DNA of 64,000 bases from contig ONLH01000014.1 of assembly GCA_900318645.1 (NCBI GenBank), positions 17,064-81,063 of the forward strand. Reading direction: 5' to 3'. Positions within the stretch are counted from its first letter, which is position 1. Every line of letters starts with the position of its first letter. The notes beneath the pieces are model-generated. The model saw nothing but the letters and a program-made list of their open reading frames with translations. It was not told the DNA's origin and did no database searches. This stretch comes from an uncultured Prevotellaceae bacterium. Lineage in GTDB: Bacteria; Bacteroidota; Bacteroidia; Bacteroidales; Muribaculaceae. The translations under genes and the position numbers were made by a program. Shown piece by piece: positions 1 through 10,403 of this stretch.

Positions 1-1
1 C

Positions 2-685
2 ATCTTCTTCATCTCACAACTGCCCACCGACATTCCCGACGTCATCCTCGGCCAGCTGGGCAATAGGGTACAACATGCCCTGCGTGCCTACACACCACGC
101 GACCAGAAGGCCGTCAAAGTGGCCGCCGAGACCTTCCGTGCCAATCCCGAGTTCAAGACCGAGGACGCCATCCTCGAGCTGGAGACGGGCGAGGCACTGG
201 TATCGTTCCTTGACGAGAAGGGAGCTCCCAGCGTCGTTGAACGCGCCAAGGTGCTCTTCCCCTTGAGCCAAATCGGCGCCATCACCGAGGGTCAACGCCT
301 CGACATCATGAACGCCAACCGCGACATCATTGCCAAGTACAAGGAGGTCCAGGAACGCGAAAGCGTGTTCGAGGTCTTTGCCCGCGAGGCCGAAGCCGAA
401 GCCAAGGCCGCCGAAGAAGCTGCTGCCGCCAAGGAGGCTGAGAAGGAAGAAAAGTCCAAGAAGAAAGAGAAAACCATCTGGGACAAGGTGTGGAAATCGG
501 TAGTCACCGCTGTGACAGGTACCCTTGCAACCATCCTGGGAAAGACGGTCTCCGATACTATCACCGGTAAGAAGAGCAAGAAGGGCACCAGCGTCAAGGA
601 TGCCGCCGGACGTGCCGCCAAGAATGCCACCGCCGCTGCAGGGCGCCAAATCCTGCGCGACGTGTTAGGCAACCTCGTCAAGTGA
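2..685 (+). CDS. DUF853/YjgR-family (HerA-like) ATP-binding protein, 5'-truncated by window edge
   Basis: Frame open from position 2: [49 protein letters not shown]...[17 protein letters not shown], typical DUF853 C-terminal half. Confidence 0.85.
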   Translation: MFFISQLPTDIPDVILGQLGNRVQHALRAYTPRDQKAVKVAAETFRANPEFKTEDAILELETGEALVSFLDEKGAPSVVERAKVLFPLSQIGAITEGQRLDIMNANRDIIAKYKEVQERESVFEVFAREAEAEAKAAEEAAAAKEAEKEEKSKKKEKTIWDKVWKSVVTAVTGTLATILGKTVSDTITGKKSKKGTSVKDAAGRAAKNATAAAGRQILRDVLGNLVK

Positions 686-745
686 CATGGAATAGCATGG
701 ACGCCTCAAGCGAGGCTCAACACATCGCAGTACACCTAAAAACAC

Positions 746-776
746 AATCGGCCTGGGGACATCCCTAGGCCGATTG
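746..776 (+). terminator. Rho-independent terminator-like hairpin
   Basis: caatcggcctgggg-acat-ccctaggccgattg followed by T-rich sequence, ~60 bp after the stop codon. Confidence 0.7.
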
Positions 777-1026
777 CTTTGTGCTTAATGGTCGTCGTTT
801 TTCGCTTTATTTGTGCTTAAATTAATGGTTGTTTGTATTTTTCTTCTTATGCTCACTCACAGGCTTGCCGGCCGCCTAATTACGATAGCAATGGTTTGAA
901 TTTTTCAGGTATTGGTCTGTTTTATTATTAATGTGCGGCAAAAGTCGTTGTCTTAAGTGTTGTGACAGCCGGCAAAGCCAAGTGAATGAAATATCAACAT
1001 TATTACATTATTATACAATCTAATTT

Positions 1027-1560
1027 CTACGCTGGTTCAAACTGTTCGAAGCGACCATCGTTGTAGAAAACGAAGATATTAACTACACGACGCTCGCTGT
1101 CACCTGCCGTGGCACGCTTGGAAGTGCGCCCGACCACGTTACGCATAATGTTCTGCAGGGTCTCGATCGAGGTTGGGTTAGACGTACGCTGCTGAGCCTT
1201 GGGTGCATTACTGCGATAGCCCATGGGTTCGTCCTCATCAAACGAAATCGCACGCTGGCCGTTATCCTCAATTCTTGACTCATTATTATGATGGCGCACA
1301 CCTCCGCTCAAGTCGTCAGATGCGGACATCGGGTCAGAACCATTAAGAAGCATCTCGCCGTCACCAAACATGAGCCACATCACGTTCAGGGTTGGATAGG
1401 CACGATGGATCTTGCCGATCACTTCGTCACTCACCTTCTTGTTGCGTCCATTGAGAAGCTGCGAGAGAGTGGGACGAGGTATATCGCAAGTGTCGGCAAA
1501 CTGGGAATTGGAAATCCCGGCTTGCTCAAGAAACATTTTTAACCTCGATACGATATCCAT
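1027..1560 (-). CDS. XRE-family helix-turn-helix transcriptional regulator
   Basis: N-terminal HTH: ISNSQFADTCDIPRPTLSQLLNGRNKK...YPTLNVMWLMFGDGEM, a conserved Bacteroidetes XRE type. Confidence 0.85.
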   Translation of the reverse strand: MDIVSRLKMFLEQAGISNSQFADTCDIPRPTLSQLLNGRNKKVSDEVIGKIHRAYPTLNVMWLMFGDGEMLLNGSDPMSASDDLSGGVRHHNNESRIEDNGQRAISFDEDEPMGYRSNAPKAQQRTSNPTSIETLQNIMRNVVGRTSKRATAGDSERRVVNIFVFYNDGRFEQFEPA

Positions 1561-3009
1561 TTAAGAACAATTTTTATATGGTGCTCAAGTGAGCGAGATG
1601 AACAAATTTACTGTCAGAAAATTTTCTGAACCAAAACTACGATCCAGGAAACCTCCTGAAATCGCCCCAAAGCACTAAAAAGGGCTGTTTGCGATTTTTA
1701 ATTTTGGGATTGCAAATTTAAAATGATTTTTTGAACCAACCAAATTTAAAAACGAAAATTTTAAAATTTACAATTAAACTTTCCGAAAATTGACAATTTT
1801 TGCCCAATTTCAAAAGTAAATGAAATTTATTATATCAATACTTTAAATATAGTGCTTTTATCTACTATGTATCAGATATTTATAACTCCAATTTTTTAGC
1901 AAAACAGCCACTTTACAGCTATAAACCAATATTCTGCAGCAACACTAGAGGTTTTTCTTGTAATTTGCTATATTTCAGCCAATTGTAGTATAGTTTAAAA
2001 GATGTTAATCCTATTTTTTAATGATTTTGTAAACTTTACGGTCGTAAATTCTCATTTTTTAAGCCTGTGACGCAAACGCAAACTCCAGATCAGGCCGCCA
2101 AACACCGAATTTTCATCCCCTACCCCTCGTTTATAAACGCAAATCGGATGCCGTTTTCAAAGCCGAACTACTCGTTGGCAAAATACCATTTTCGCTTTTC
2201 TGGAGGCTCAACTCGATTTCCTTGCAAAATTTTCCATCACACCCTACTCTCGATTGAAAATCGCAATTTTGAGCAATTCTAGAGAATTCTAATAATTTCC
2301 ATTATTTGACAACTCGCTTTATTTCATCGGTGTTCTTCTGCATTTTCATTGTCTAAAAATGACACCAAAATAGAGGCTTCAGAAAAGTGAAAAACCGATG
2401 AAAATCGGTAATTTCTCCGAATTTGACCGAATTTCACCTTGAAAAGGGCAAAATCGGACTTTTAGACCAATTTTTAGGCTGTTTTATTTGGAGGCATTTT
2501 TGGCTATTCCCTCCCACCCCTCAAGCGGTTAAGGGTATTTTGGGACGAAATCTGACAGGAATTTTTTCTGATTTTTTTCGGATGAACGCTCGTCCTCGGG
2601 CACTGTTTTTGGGACCCTGAAGTCAAATTATCTGAGCCAAAATCCGTGCAATTTTTATCAAACGGGCATTCTGCCCCACTTCACCACCCTAAAAAATGGG
2701 GTTAACAAGCAACACTGGGGGCATGAAAACGGAGAGCAATTTCTGGTTAACCTGCTCACGCCAGCTCAACCTTTCGTCAGAAAAATGCTTAGAAAAATTA
2801 TCTGGCCATTGCCGCGAATGAGACACGACCTCTATCTTCTCTATGAAGATGGGCTAACGATGACGACATGAAAAACGCCGTTCCTGAAGCCTAAAAAATT
2901 TGTGAGGATTAGCCTCCCGGAGATTCATATCACATTGCCAGGAAATCGCAACTACTCCTGTAATGTATCTTGAAATGGTGCAGGCATGATCATCTATGGA
3001 GAAAAAAAT

Positions 3010-3044
3010 CAGGGGATGCCACATAGTATGGTGACATCCCCCTG
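3010..3044 (-). terminator. uvrA terminator hairpin
   Basis: caggggatgccac...gtgacatccccctg stem; plus-strand A-run at 3002-3008 gives a U-tail on the minus strand. Confidence 0.7.
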
Positions 3045-3070
3045 TAATGAGTCAAATAAAAAATGAATAA

Positions 3071-5905
3071 TTATTGTATGAGTTCCTTCTTGAGAAAACG
3101 GCCCGTAATCGACTTTTGAGACTCAGCCACCTGCTCAGGGGTTCCACTGGCGACGACCTGTCCTCCACCCCGTCCACCCTCGGGTCCCATGTCAATAATG
3201 TAGTCGGCACACTTGATGACGTCCAGATTGTGCTCGATGACGATAACGGTGTTGCCTTTCTCAACAAGACGGTTCAACACACCGAGCAACACCTTAATGT
3301 CCTCGAAGTGTAGTCCCGTCGTCGGCTCGTCAAGAATATAGACGGTCTTGCCCGTGTCCTTCTTGGCCAGTTCACACGCCAACTTCACACGCTGGCACTC
3401 ACCACCCGACAAGGTGCTGGAGGGCTGGCCCAACTTGATATACCCCAACCCGACGTCTTGTAGAACCTTTATCTTGCGAAGGATTGAAGGTACGGCGTCA
3501 AAAAACTCCACAGCCTGGTTGATGGTCATATCCAGCACATCGGCAATCGACTTGCCCTTGAACTTGACTTCGAGGGTCTCGCGATTATAGCGCTTGCCGC
3601 CACACTCCTCACAGGGGACCAGCACATCGGGCAGGAAGTTCATCTCCACAGCCTTGTAGCCGTTGCCGTTGCATTTCTCGCAGCGGCCACCGCTCGTATT
3701 GAACGAGAAACGGCCAGGCTTATAGGCGCGAATCTTGGATTCCGGCAGGTTGACGAACAAATTGCGGATGTCGGTGAACACGCCAGTATAGGTGGCAGCA
3801 TTGGAACGCGGCGTGCGACCCAGCGGTGCCTGATCGACAGTGACCACCTTATCCACATATTCCAGACCGCTGACTGTGCCGTAGGGCATCGGGGCAGTGT
3901 GGGAACGGTACAGGCGTTGGCTCAGGATGGGCTGCAGGGTAGCATTGACAAGCGTCGATTTGCCACTGCCGCTCACACCCGTGACACAGATAAAGGTACC
4001 CAAGGGGAATGCCACAGCGACATCCTTGAGGTTATTCCCACGACAGCCAGTGAGCCGCAACGTCTTGCCGTTTCCTTCACGCCGCTTGGCAGGCACCTCG
4101 ATAGAGCGGGTTCCGTTCAGATAGTCGGCGGTGAGGGTGTGTTGCTTCAACAGTTCCTCCGGGGTGCCGGCAAACACGATGTTACCACCCTTGCGTCCTG
4201 CCAGAGGACCGATGTCGATAACATAGTCGGCCTGCAGCATCATCTCCTTGTCGTGCTCAACCACGAGAATGGTGTTGCCATCGTCACGCAGGGTCTTCAA
4301 GGCATCCAAGAGCCGCTGGTTGTCTCGCTGATGAAGACCGATGGACGGTTCGTCAAGAATATACAACACATTGACCAGGCGTGACCCGATCTGGGTCGCT
4401 AGCCTGATGCGCTGGCTCTCGCCACCCGACAACGATGCCGAGTTGCGGTTCAACGACATGTAGTCCAGCCCCACCTCGATGAGGAAACTGAGCCTTGAGC
4501 TGATTTCCTTGACGATTTCGCGAGCGATTTCCCATTGGGTGGGCGTTACGTGATTCTGGAGGTCTTCAATCCAGTCCCGCAGCTCGGTGATGTCCATCGC
4601 CGCCAACTGGGCTATATTCTTGTCAGCCAGCTTGAAGTGCAGAGCCTCGCGGTTGAGGCGCGCTCCCCCACACTCGGGGCACACGGCACGCGAGAAAAAT
4701 TGTCCCGCCCACTTCTGGGCTGCACTGGTGGCCGTGTCATCCTGTTGCATTTCAATATACTTGACCAGACCGTCGAAGGTAAGGAAGTAATTGCTGGTGG
4801 ACAAAGTCTCGGTGCGCAGGTTCAGTCGTTCGTTGGTGCCGTTGAGGATATCGTTCAAGGCCTCCTCGGGCAACTCTTCCAACGGTGTGTCGAGCGTGCA
4901 TCCGTATTTCTCACAGATAGCCTGTATCTGCCAGAAAATCTGCACATTCTTGTATTTTCCCAATGGCAGGATGCCACCCCCCCTGATACTCAACGACATA
5001 TCAGGTATAATCTTGTCTCGGTCAATCAGGTTGACATAGCCCAGGCCCTTGCAATGCGGGCACGCTCCCAACGGTGAGTTGAAAGAGAAATTGTGAGGTG
5101 CGGGCTCCAGATAGGACAATCCTGTGGCGGGATCCATCAACGAGCGGCTGTAATAGCCCACCTCACCGGTGTCTCCATCCAATATCATCAACTGGCCATT
5201 TCCCTGCTTGAAAGCCAGCTCAGCCGTGTCGGCCAAGCGCTTCAGATCCTTATCGGCAACCTTGAGGCGGTCCACCACCAGTTCCACACTATGGTTGACA
5301 TAGCGGTCCAATTTCATGCCGAAGGTAATCTCACGCAACGTTCCATCTATGCGCACGTTGATATAGCCCTTCTTACGCAGGTTCTCAAACAGGTCCTTGT
5401 AATGTCCCTTGCGGTTCTTGACCAATGGAGCCAGGACATAAATCCTGCGGCCTTGATAGCGTTCGAGAATGAGACTCAGGATTTTCTCGGTCGTGTATTT
5501 GACCATGCGCTCACCCGACAGATAAGAATAGGCATCGGCAGCTCGCGCATAGAGTAATCTCAGGTAGTCATAGACCTCGGTTGTTGTGCCCACCGTACTG
5601 CGGGGATTGCGGTTCACAGTCTTTTGCCCGATGGAAATGACAGGACACAGGCCTGAAATCTTATCCACGTTGGGACGTTCCAGGATTCCCAGCATATTGC
5701 GGGCGTAGGAAGAAAAGGTTTCAAGATAGCGACGTTGACCCTCGGCAAACACCGTGTCAAAGGCCAGTGAAGACTTGCCACTGCCGCTCAATCCGGTAAT
5801 CACCGTGAGGCGGTCATGAGGAATCTCCACATCAATGTTCTTGAGGTTATGGACCCTAGCGCCCAACACCTCTACACTGTCTATTTCCTGCCCGTTAATT
5901 TTCAT
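3071..5905 (-). CDS. uvrA: Excinuclease ABC subunit A
   Basis: 944 aa; two ABC cassettes (GLSGSGKS, GVSGSGKS), LSGGE signatures, zinc fingers CPHCKG, CEKCNG, CEECGG. Confidence 0.98.
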   Translation of the reverse strand: MKINGQEIDSVEVLGARVHNLKNIDVEIPHDRLTVITGLSGSGKSSLAFDTVFAEGQRRYLETFSSYARNMLGILERPNVDKISGLCPVISIGQKTVNRNPRSTVGTTTEVYDYLRLLYARAADAYSYLSGERMVKYTTEKILSLILERYQGRRIYVLAPLVKNRKGHYKDLFENLRKKGYINVRIDGTLREITFGMKLDRYVNHSVELVVDRLKVADKDLKRLADTAELAFKQGNGQLMILDGDTGEVGYYSRSLMDPATGLSYLEPAPHNFSFNSPLGACPHCKGLGYVNLIDRDKIIPDMSLSIRGGGILPLGKYKNVQIFWQIQAICEKYGCTLDTPLEELPEEALNDILNGTNERLNLRTETLSTSNYFLTFDGLVKYIEMQQDDTATSAAQKWAGQFFSRAVCPECGGARLNREALHFKLADKNIAQLAAMDITELRDWIEDLQNHVTPTQWEIAREIVKEISSRLSFLIEVGLDYMSLNRNSASLSGGESQRIRLATQIGSRLVNVLYILDEPSIGLHQRDNQRLLDALKTLRDDGNTILVVEHDKEMMLQADYVIDIGPLAGRKGGNIVFAGTPEELLKQHTLTADYLNGTRSIEVPAKRREGNGKTLRLTGCRGNNLKDVAVAFPLGTFICVTGVSGSGKSTLVNATLQPILSQRLYRSHTAPMPYGTVSGLEYVDKVVTVDQAPLGRTPRSNAATYTGVFTDIRNLFVNLPESKIRAYKPGRFSFNTSGGRCEKCNGNGYKAVEMNFLPDVLVPCEECGGKRYNRETLEVKFKGKSIADVLDMTINQAVEFFDAVPSILRKIKVLQDVGLGYIKLGQPSSTLSGGECQRVKLACELAKKDTGKTVYILDEPTTGLHFEDIKVLLGVLNRLVEKGNTVIVIEHNLDVIKCADYIIDMGPEGGRGGGQVVASGTPEQVAESQKSITGRFLKKELIQ

Positions 5906-5983
5906 TCAGTTGTATGTTGTCTGTTTTCAGTTTATTTCTAGATGAACTAGATTTTCTAGAATGGAGCCCCTAACTCCGAACTA

Positions 5984-6949
5984 TTAATCAATGACCCAGT
6001 CCTTATTATAGACGCTGAAGGTGCGCTTACTGCGATAGAGGTCATTCTGCTTGGGGACACGCACTTTGTAGGTCTTGCCCGAAGCGTTGGTCAACTTGGT
6101 GGAACGGATCCAGGGGTTAGCCTCACGCAACTGGGCATAAGTGATGCCTTTATCTTTGGCCCAATCTATCCAGCTGGCGACCGAACCAGTCACGTCAACA
6201 GTGGTATAGTCCACCGGCTGCCACAGGTTCTTGCGCGAGAAGCGGTAACCATAGCGCTTGGGCGTCTCCATCAACAACTTATAGGCGATGATGCGGAAAA
6301 CGTAACGTGACGTTTCCTGTACCAGATACAGGTCAAAAGAGTTGTCCACCCGCTGCTTGGATAATTCACTGGTGATTTTTCCCATACCAGCATTGTAACT
6401 CGCAGCGACGGTAGGCCAGTGACCGTATTTCTTGTAAGCAGCCTTGAGATACTTGCAGGCAGCAACGGTCGACCTCTCAGGATCATAACGCTCGTCCACC
6501 TCATCGGTCACCTCCAGGCCGTAGTCACGGCCGGTGCCTGCCAGCAGCTGCCACATGCCTGCGGCCTTGGCGCTGGAATAAGCATTATAGTCCATCGAAC
6601 TCTCGGTCACTGCAAGGTACAGAAAATCCAAGGGAACACCCTGTTCCTTCAGTATTTTGGCCAAAACAGGAAAATAGCGGTTAGCACGCTTGAAGCATAG
6701 TTCGGTTGTCGTCTGGCCATAGATGATACTAGTCAGTTCCCGATCCAGGCGCTCGGCCATATCCAGCCTGTCAAAACTCACTTTCTCGCCCGCAAACGTG
6801 ACCGACATGGGAATGTCAGGACTGGCTGTGGTGCTGAACACCGGTGACGAGCTACCCGTGGTCGCCTTGCTGTATTCTCGCTTGAGTTGTGCCTGAGCCA
6901 CAGTTGCAGATGCCACCAGCAGCACGGCCATCAATATCATCTTCTTCAT
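5984..6949 (-). CDS. Lytic transglycosylase (SLT domain, MltD-like)
   Basis: Signal peptide MKKMILMAVLL (ATG at 6949); ESSMDYNAYSSAKAAGMWQL and AASYNAG SLT motifs. Confidence 0.88.
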   Translation of the reverse strand: MKKMILMAVLLVASATVAQAQLKREYSKATTGSSSPVFSTTASPDIPMSVTFAGEKVSFDRLDMAERLDRELTSIIYGQTTTELCFKRANRYFPVLAKILKEQGVPLDFLYLAVTESSMDYNAYSSAKAAGMWQLLAGTGRDYGLEVTDEVDERYDPERSTVAACKYLKAAYKKYGHWPTVAASYNAGMGKITSELSKQRVDNSFDLYLVQETSRYVFRIIAYKLLMETPKRYGYRFSRKNLWQPVDYTTVDVTGSVASWIDWAKDKGITYAQLREANPWIRSTKLTNASGKTYKVRVPKQNDLYRSKRTFSVYNKDWVID

Positions 6950-7023
6950 GTTATGATCGTTCCTCACTAATCTCTAATTCCTAATTCTCTAATCAACAAA
7001 TTGCGGCTAATGCCGCAATTCGT

Positions 7024-8382
7024 TTAATAACCTCCTGTGTCGCCACCAGCTGTTCCTCCGCCCGAGGTGCCACTTGCACCCTTCTTGTAACGCAAGATGG
7101 TGATGTCTCCACGTTTCTTGTATTTAATGCCGTCACTGCCCAAAGCCGTTACCACATAATAATATACACCGGTATCGACCAGCCTTCCGTGATAGGTGCC
7201 ATCCCAGCCGCTGCCGGGATCAGTGAATTCACATATCAGAGTTCCCCAGCGGTTAAAGATCCAGCAGTGGAACTCGATAAGCGACTTGTAGGAGACTTTC
7301 CAAATATCGTTCACGCCCTCGGTGGAACCTGGCGAGAAAATGTTGGGGCATACCAACTCACTCTCGCTCACGGTGATGGTGTAGACATCGCCATAGCTTT
7401 CGCACGAGCCATCGGCATTGGCGACCATATAGCGCATATAGTAAGTTCCCGCTTCATTGAAGGTATAGTCCACCTCGTCCTGGTTGTATTGCAGGATGAC
7501 ATTCTCAAATTCCTGGTCCTTGGCCATTTCCCAGACACGATAGACCACCGCATCGGTGGGATAGCCAGTGAATATGATATGAACCGGTGCCGAGCCGCCC
7601 AGACCACTCTCAAGGCCTTTCTCGTTATTGTTGCCGCGGTCCTCTTGCTCAGCAGTGGTGCCACAGCCCACGGCCTGGGTGTAGAAGTACTCACCCTCAA
7701 TACCCTGGCCTATGCCCCACTCTTCCAGAAAACGGTCACCTGTGAGCATGAATGCCGTGTTACACAGCGGCGGCAAGATTTCAACGGCCTGATCCAGTGC
7801 AGCGAAGGTCTCAACGACTTCCTTCTCCTGCCAGTGGGTCGAGTCATCCCACACCAGCGTGTTATAAGTCAGTTTGATTTCACGGTCAAGCACCTGACGG
7901 TTGCCGTGGATGGTATAGTAAGGAATGGCATCTGCCTGACCATCAACATTGAACGCAATCAAGTTGCAGGGCGTCTCACTGCCATAGGACATATCGTTGA
8001 GCTCCAGGAAATAGTCGGCATAATTGACCACCCAGAAATAGAAGGGAGATCCTGTACCCTCCTGAATCTTGTAACCCTTATTGGGGATTACCTGCAATAA
8101 TGAAGTCGTATATCCATTCCACATCGTGGGAACCGTATCGGGATTACCCCAATTATGCGCATCATAGCTTGTCACTGTCGCACGCTCACCAGTTGACGAA
8201 GTGTAAGTCATCCCTACCCCGTTGGTATCATACACGACATATATCTTATGCAAACCGGTCATTGCAAGATCGGGGGTCACCTCGATAACGGGATACTCTC
8301 CCACACCGGTAAACGTCAATTGACCGCTCGCCGACAACAAAGTCAGCGCGGCCGCCATGAGCGAAATCAATTTCTTGTTCAT
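7024..8382 (-). CDS. Secreted protein with gliding-motility-associated (CHU_C, T9SS type B) C-terminal domain
   Basis: Signal peptide; C-terminal CPNIFSPG...NDIWKV...IFNRWG...GWDGTYHGRLVDTGVYYYVV. Confidence 0.85.
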   Translation of the reverse strand: MNKKLISLMAAALTLLSASGQLTFTGVGEYPVIEVTPDLAMTGLHKIYVVYDTNGVGMTYTSSTGERATVTSYDAHNWGNPDTVPTMWNGYTTSLLQVIPNKGYKIQEGTGSPFYFWVVNYADYFLELNDMSYGSETPCNLIAFNVDGQADAIPYYTIHGNRQVLDREIKLTYNTLVWDDSTHWQEKEVVETFAALDQAVEILPPLCNTAFMLTGDRFLEEWGIGQGIEGEYFYTQAVGCGTTAEQEDRGNNNEKGLESGLGGSAPVHIIFTGYPTDAVVYRVWEMAKDQEFENVILQYNQDEVDYTFNEAGTYYMRYMVANADGSCESYGDVYTITVSESELVCPNIFSPGSTEGVNDIWKVSYKSLIEFHCWIFNRWGTLICEFTDPGSGWDGTYHGRLVDTGVYYYVVTALGSDGIKYKKRGDITILRYKKGASGTSGGGTAGGDTGGY

Positions 8383-8473
8383 AGTGCTCACTTGATTTTT
8401 CTCTATTTATATATATAACGTGAATGTGCCTCGGTTATTGCCACAGTCACGGGTTTTACCACCGAGCAAATCC

Positions 8474-8544
8474 CGAAAACATGCGTTTATCGTGCCACGA
8501 AAGGGGTAAAAGTGCTGTTCGCGGACGAATAAAACCACTTTTTT
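8474..8544. repeat. Palindromic ~70-bp repeat, copy 1, 14 bp beyond the ATPase stop codon
   Basis: cgaaaacatgcgtttatcgtgccacgaaaggggtaaaagtgctgttcgcggacgaataaaaccactttttt, near-identical to copies at 10002-10305. Confidence 0.92.
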
Positions 8545-8558
8545 GATACTGAAAACAC

Positions 8559-9998
8559 TTAATTGAATAAATCATCAAGCACAACAATCTGCTGAAAATC
8601 ACCAAAATACTCATTATAAACGAGTCCAAAAGTTGTTATCAAGGTCATGTGGACAGTAACTCGCTTGGGCAACCGCTCTTGCAGCAATGACAAACGATTA
8701 CGCAAAATGCGGTCGTATGCCTTATCAACTGCATAATCATTCTTGTAGAACTTCATCTCACACAAGTTTACCACGTTATCCGTCCGCTGAATCAGCAAAT
8801 CAATCTGAGTACCCTCAACCTCAGCGTCTCCTCGCACAGCCCAAGACGATTGCAGAGATGAGACGCCATAGATACCAAGAGCCTTCTTGATCTGGTCAAT
8901 GTGCATCAAGCATATATCCTCAAACGCTATTCCCTGCCAACTAAGGATGGAAGGCGAAGACTGATTCTGCTGCCAGAAGCCATCAGGACGGTTTTGATTG
9001 TAAACATGTCTCAGATAGAACAAACAGAAAGGATCCACCAATTTATAATGAACATACCTCCCACTTTGGCCAAAAGGCACATACGTCTGAACGAAATCGC
9101 TGACAATCAACGCCTCAAGCATCTTAGTCAGGCCGCCGCCCTGCGTGATACCTGTTTTACGTGCAATCTCGGTGCGGGTGTAACCAGCATGGCGCTCGCT
9201 CAGGACTTTCACAATGCTTTTTACTTCCTCGGGACGCGCGAACACAGAGGCAAATAAGCGGTCAAACTCTCCACGCAAAGGAGCACCTTTAGAGAAAAAC
9301 AAACGATCCACATTCTGAACCATGCTCAAGCTCGGTTCTATGTAGCCCAAATAATAGGGCACGCCACCCAAGACCATATACCCTCTCGTAATTTCATAAC
9401 GAGATAACTTGATACCCCGACTGCGATAAAAATCCTCGCATTCACGCAAGTTGAACGGTGACAACTTGATTTCACAAGTGAGGCGTCCATACAGTCCCCC
9501 GTGATTGTTGATCAAGCGGTTTTGAATCCAAGACGAAGCTGAGCCACACACCACCAGCATGACATTATCACGATGACAGGCCCAACCGTTCCAGAATGCC
9601 TCAAGCGCAGTGATAAAACCCGATCTTGGCGTGTCCATCCAGGGCAATTCATCAAGGAAAACCAATTGTCTACCGCCGTCATCTATTGCCTTGAGATGCT
9701 GCTCAAGCATAAAAAAGGCTTCAAGCCAAGACCTAGGGCACTTGGTTTTCTTCATTCCCTGACTTGTTAATGAGAAATAGAAATTCTTCAATTGACTCAT
9801 GAGCACATTCTTCCCTGTACCACTGTCAACCGGTGACAAGCCCGCATGCCGAAAAGTAATGCGACCCTTGAATGTCTCATCAACCAGGAAGGTTTTACCC
9901 ACTCGGCGTCGGCCATATATCGCCACAAACTGAGGCATATCGCTGTTATACAGGCGATTTAGTTCCTTTACTTCCTCTTCACGTCCTATCAGTTTCAT
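8559..9998 (-). CDS. AAA-type ATPase (archaeal ATPase/ATPase_2-like) with wHTH region and C-terminal PD-(D/E)XK nuclease-like domain
   Basis: Start MKLIGREEE (ATG 9998); Walker A GRRRVGKT, Walker B VFLDELPW, C-terminal QIDLLIQR...LCEMK. Confidence 0.85.
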   Translation of the reverse strand: MKLIGREEEVKELNRLYNSDMPQFVAIYGRRRVGKTFLVDETFKGRITFRHAGLSPVDSGTGKNVLMSQLKNFYFSLTSQGMKKTKCPRSWLEAFFMLEQHLKAIDDGGRQLVFLDELPWMDTPRSGFITALEAFWNGWACHRDNVMLVVCGSASSWIQNRLINNHGGLYGRLTCEIKLSPFNLRECEDFYRSRGIKLSRYEITRGYMVLGGVPYYLGYIEPSLSMVQNVDRLFFSKGAPLRGEFDRLFASVFARPEEVKSIVKVLSERHAGYTRTEIARKTGITQGGGLTKMLEALIVSDFVQTYVPFGQSGRYVHYKLVDPFCLFYLRHVYNQNRPDGFWQQNQSSPSILSWQGIAFEDICLMHIDQIKKALGIYGVSSLQSSWAVRGDAEVEGTQIDLLIQRTDNVVNLCEMKFYKNDYAVDKAYDRILRNRLSLLQERLPKRVTVHMTLITTFGLVYNEYFGDFQQIVVLDDLFN

Positions 9999-10001
9999 TT
10001 C

Positions 10002-10305
10002 AAAATAGCGTTTTATCGTGCCACGAAGATACAAAAAACATTGTTCGCGGACAAATAAAACCACTTTTTTAATGATTTTATTACTGTTATCAGTAGTGTC
10101 TTTGAGCCATTATTAGCCGAAAACATGCGTTTATCGTGCCACGAAAGGGGTAAAAGTGCCGTTCGCGGCACGATAAAACCACTTTTTTAATGATTTTATT
10201 ACCGCTATCGGTAGTGAATCTGAGCCATTATTGGCCAAAAACATGCGTTTATCGTGCCGCGAAAGGGGTAAAAGTACTGTTCGCGGCACGATAAAACCAC
10301 TTTTT
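10002..10305. repeat. Tandem array, 118-bp period, three copies of the palindromic repeat
   Basis: tttatcgtgcc recurs at 10012, 10130 and 10248; arms tttatcgtgcc(a/g)cgaa / ttcgcggcacgataaa; linkers are similar to each other. Confidence 0.93.
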
Positions 10306-10403
10306 GCTCCATGTCGCGGAGCCGTGATGAGCAAAAAATTGGTCCTCAACAAAAACTTTTCACTACCTTTGTGACAGATTTTCACACATTATAATATATA
10401 ACG

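Noticed and set aside
2067-2620. Short ORFs in the AT-rich intergenic region
   Set aside because: TTG/GTG starts, Phe/Lys-rich translations of A/T tracts, no motifs
10002-10305. CRISPR array
   Set aside because: The linkers are near-identical to each other rather than unique spacers, the repeat is ~70 bp, and there are no cas genes in the window
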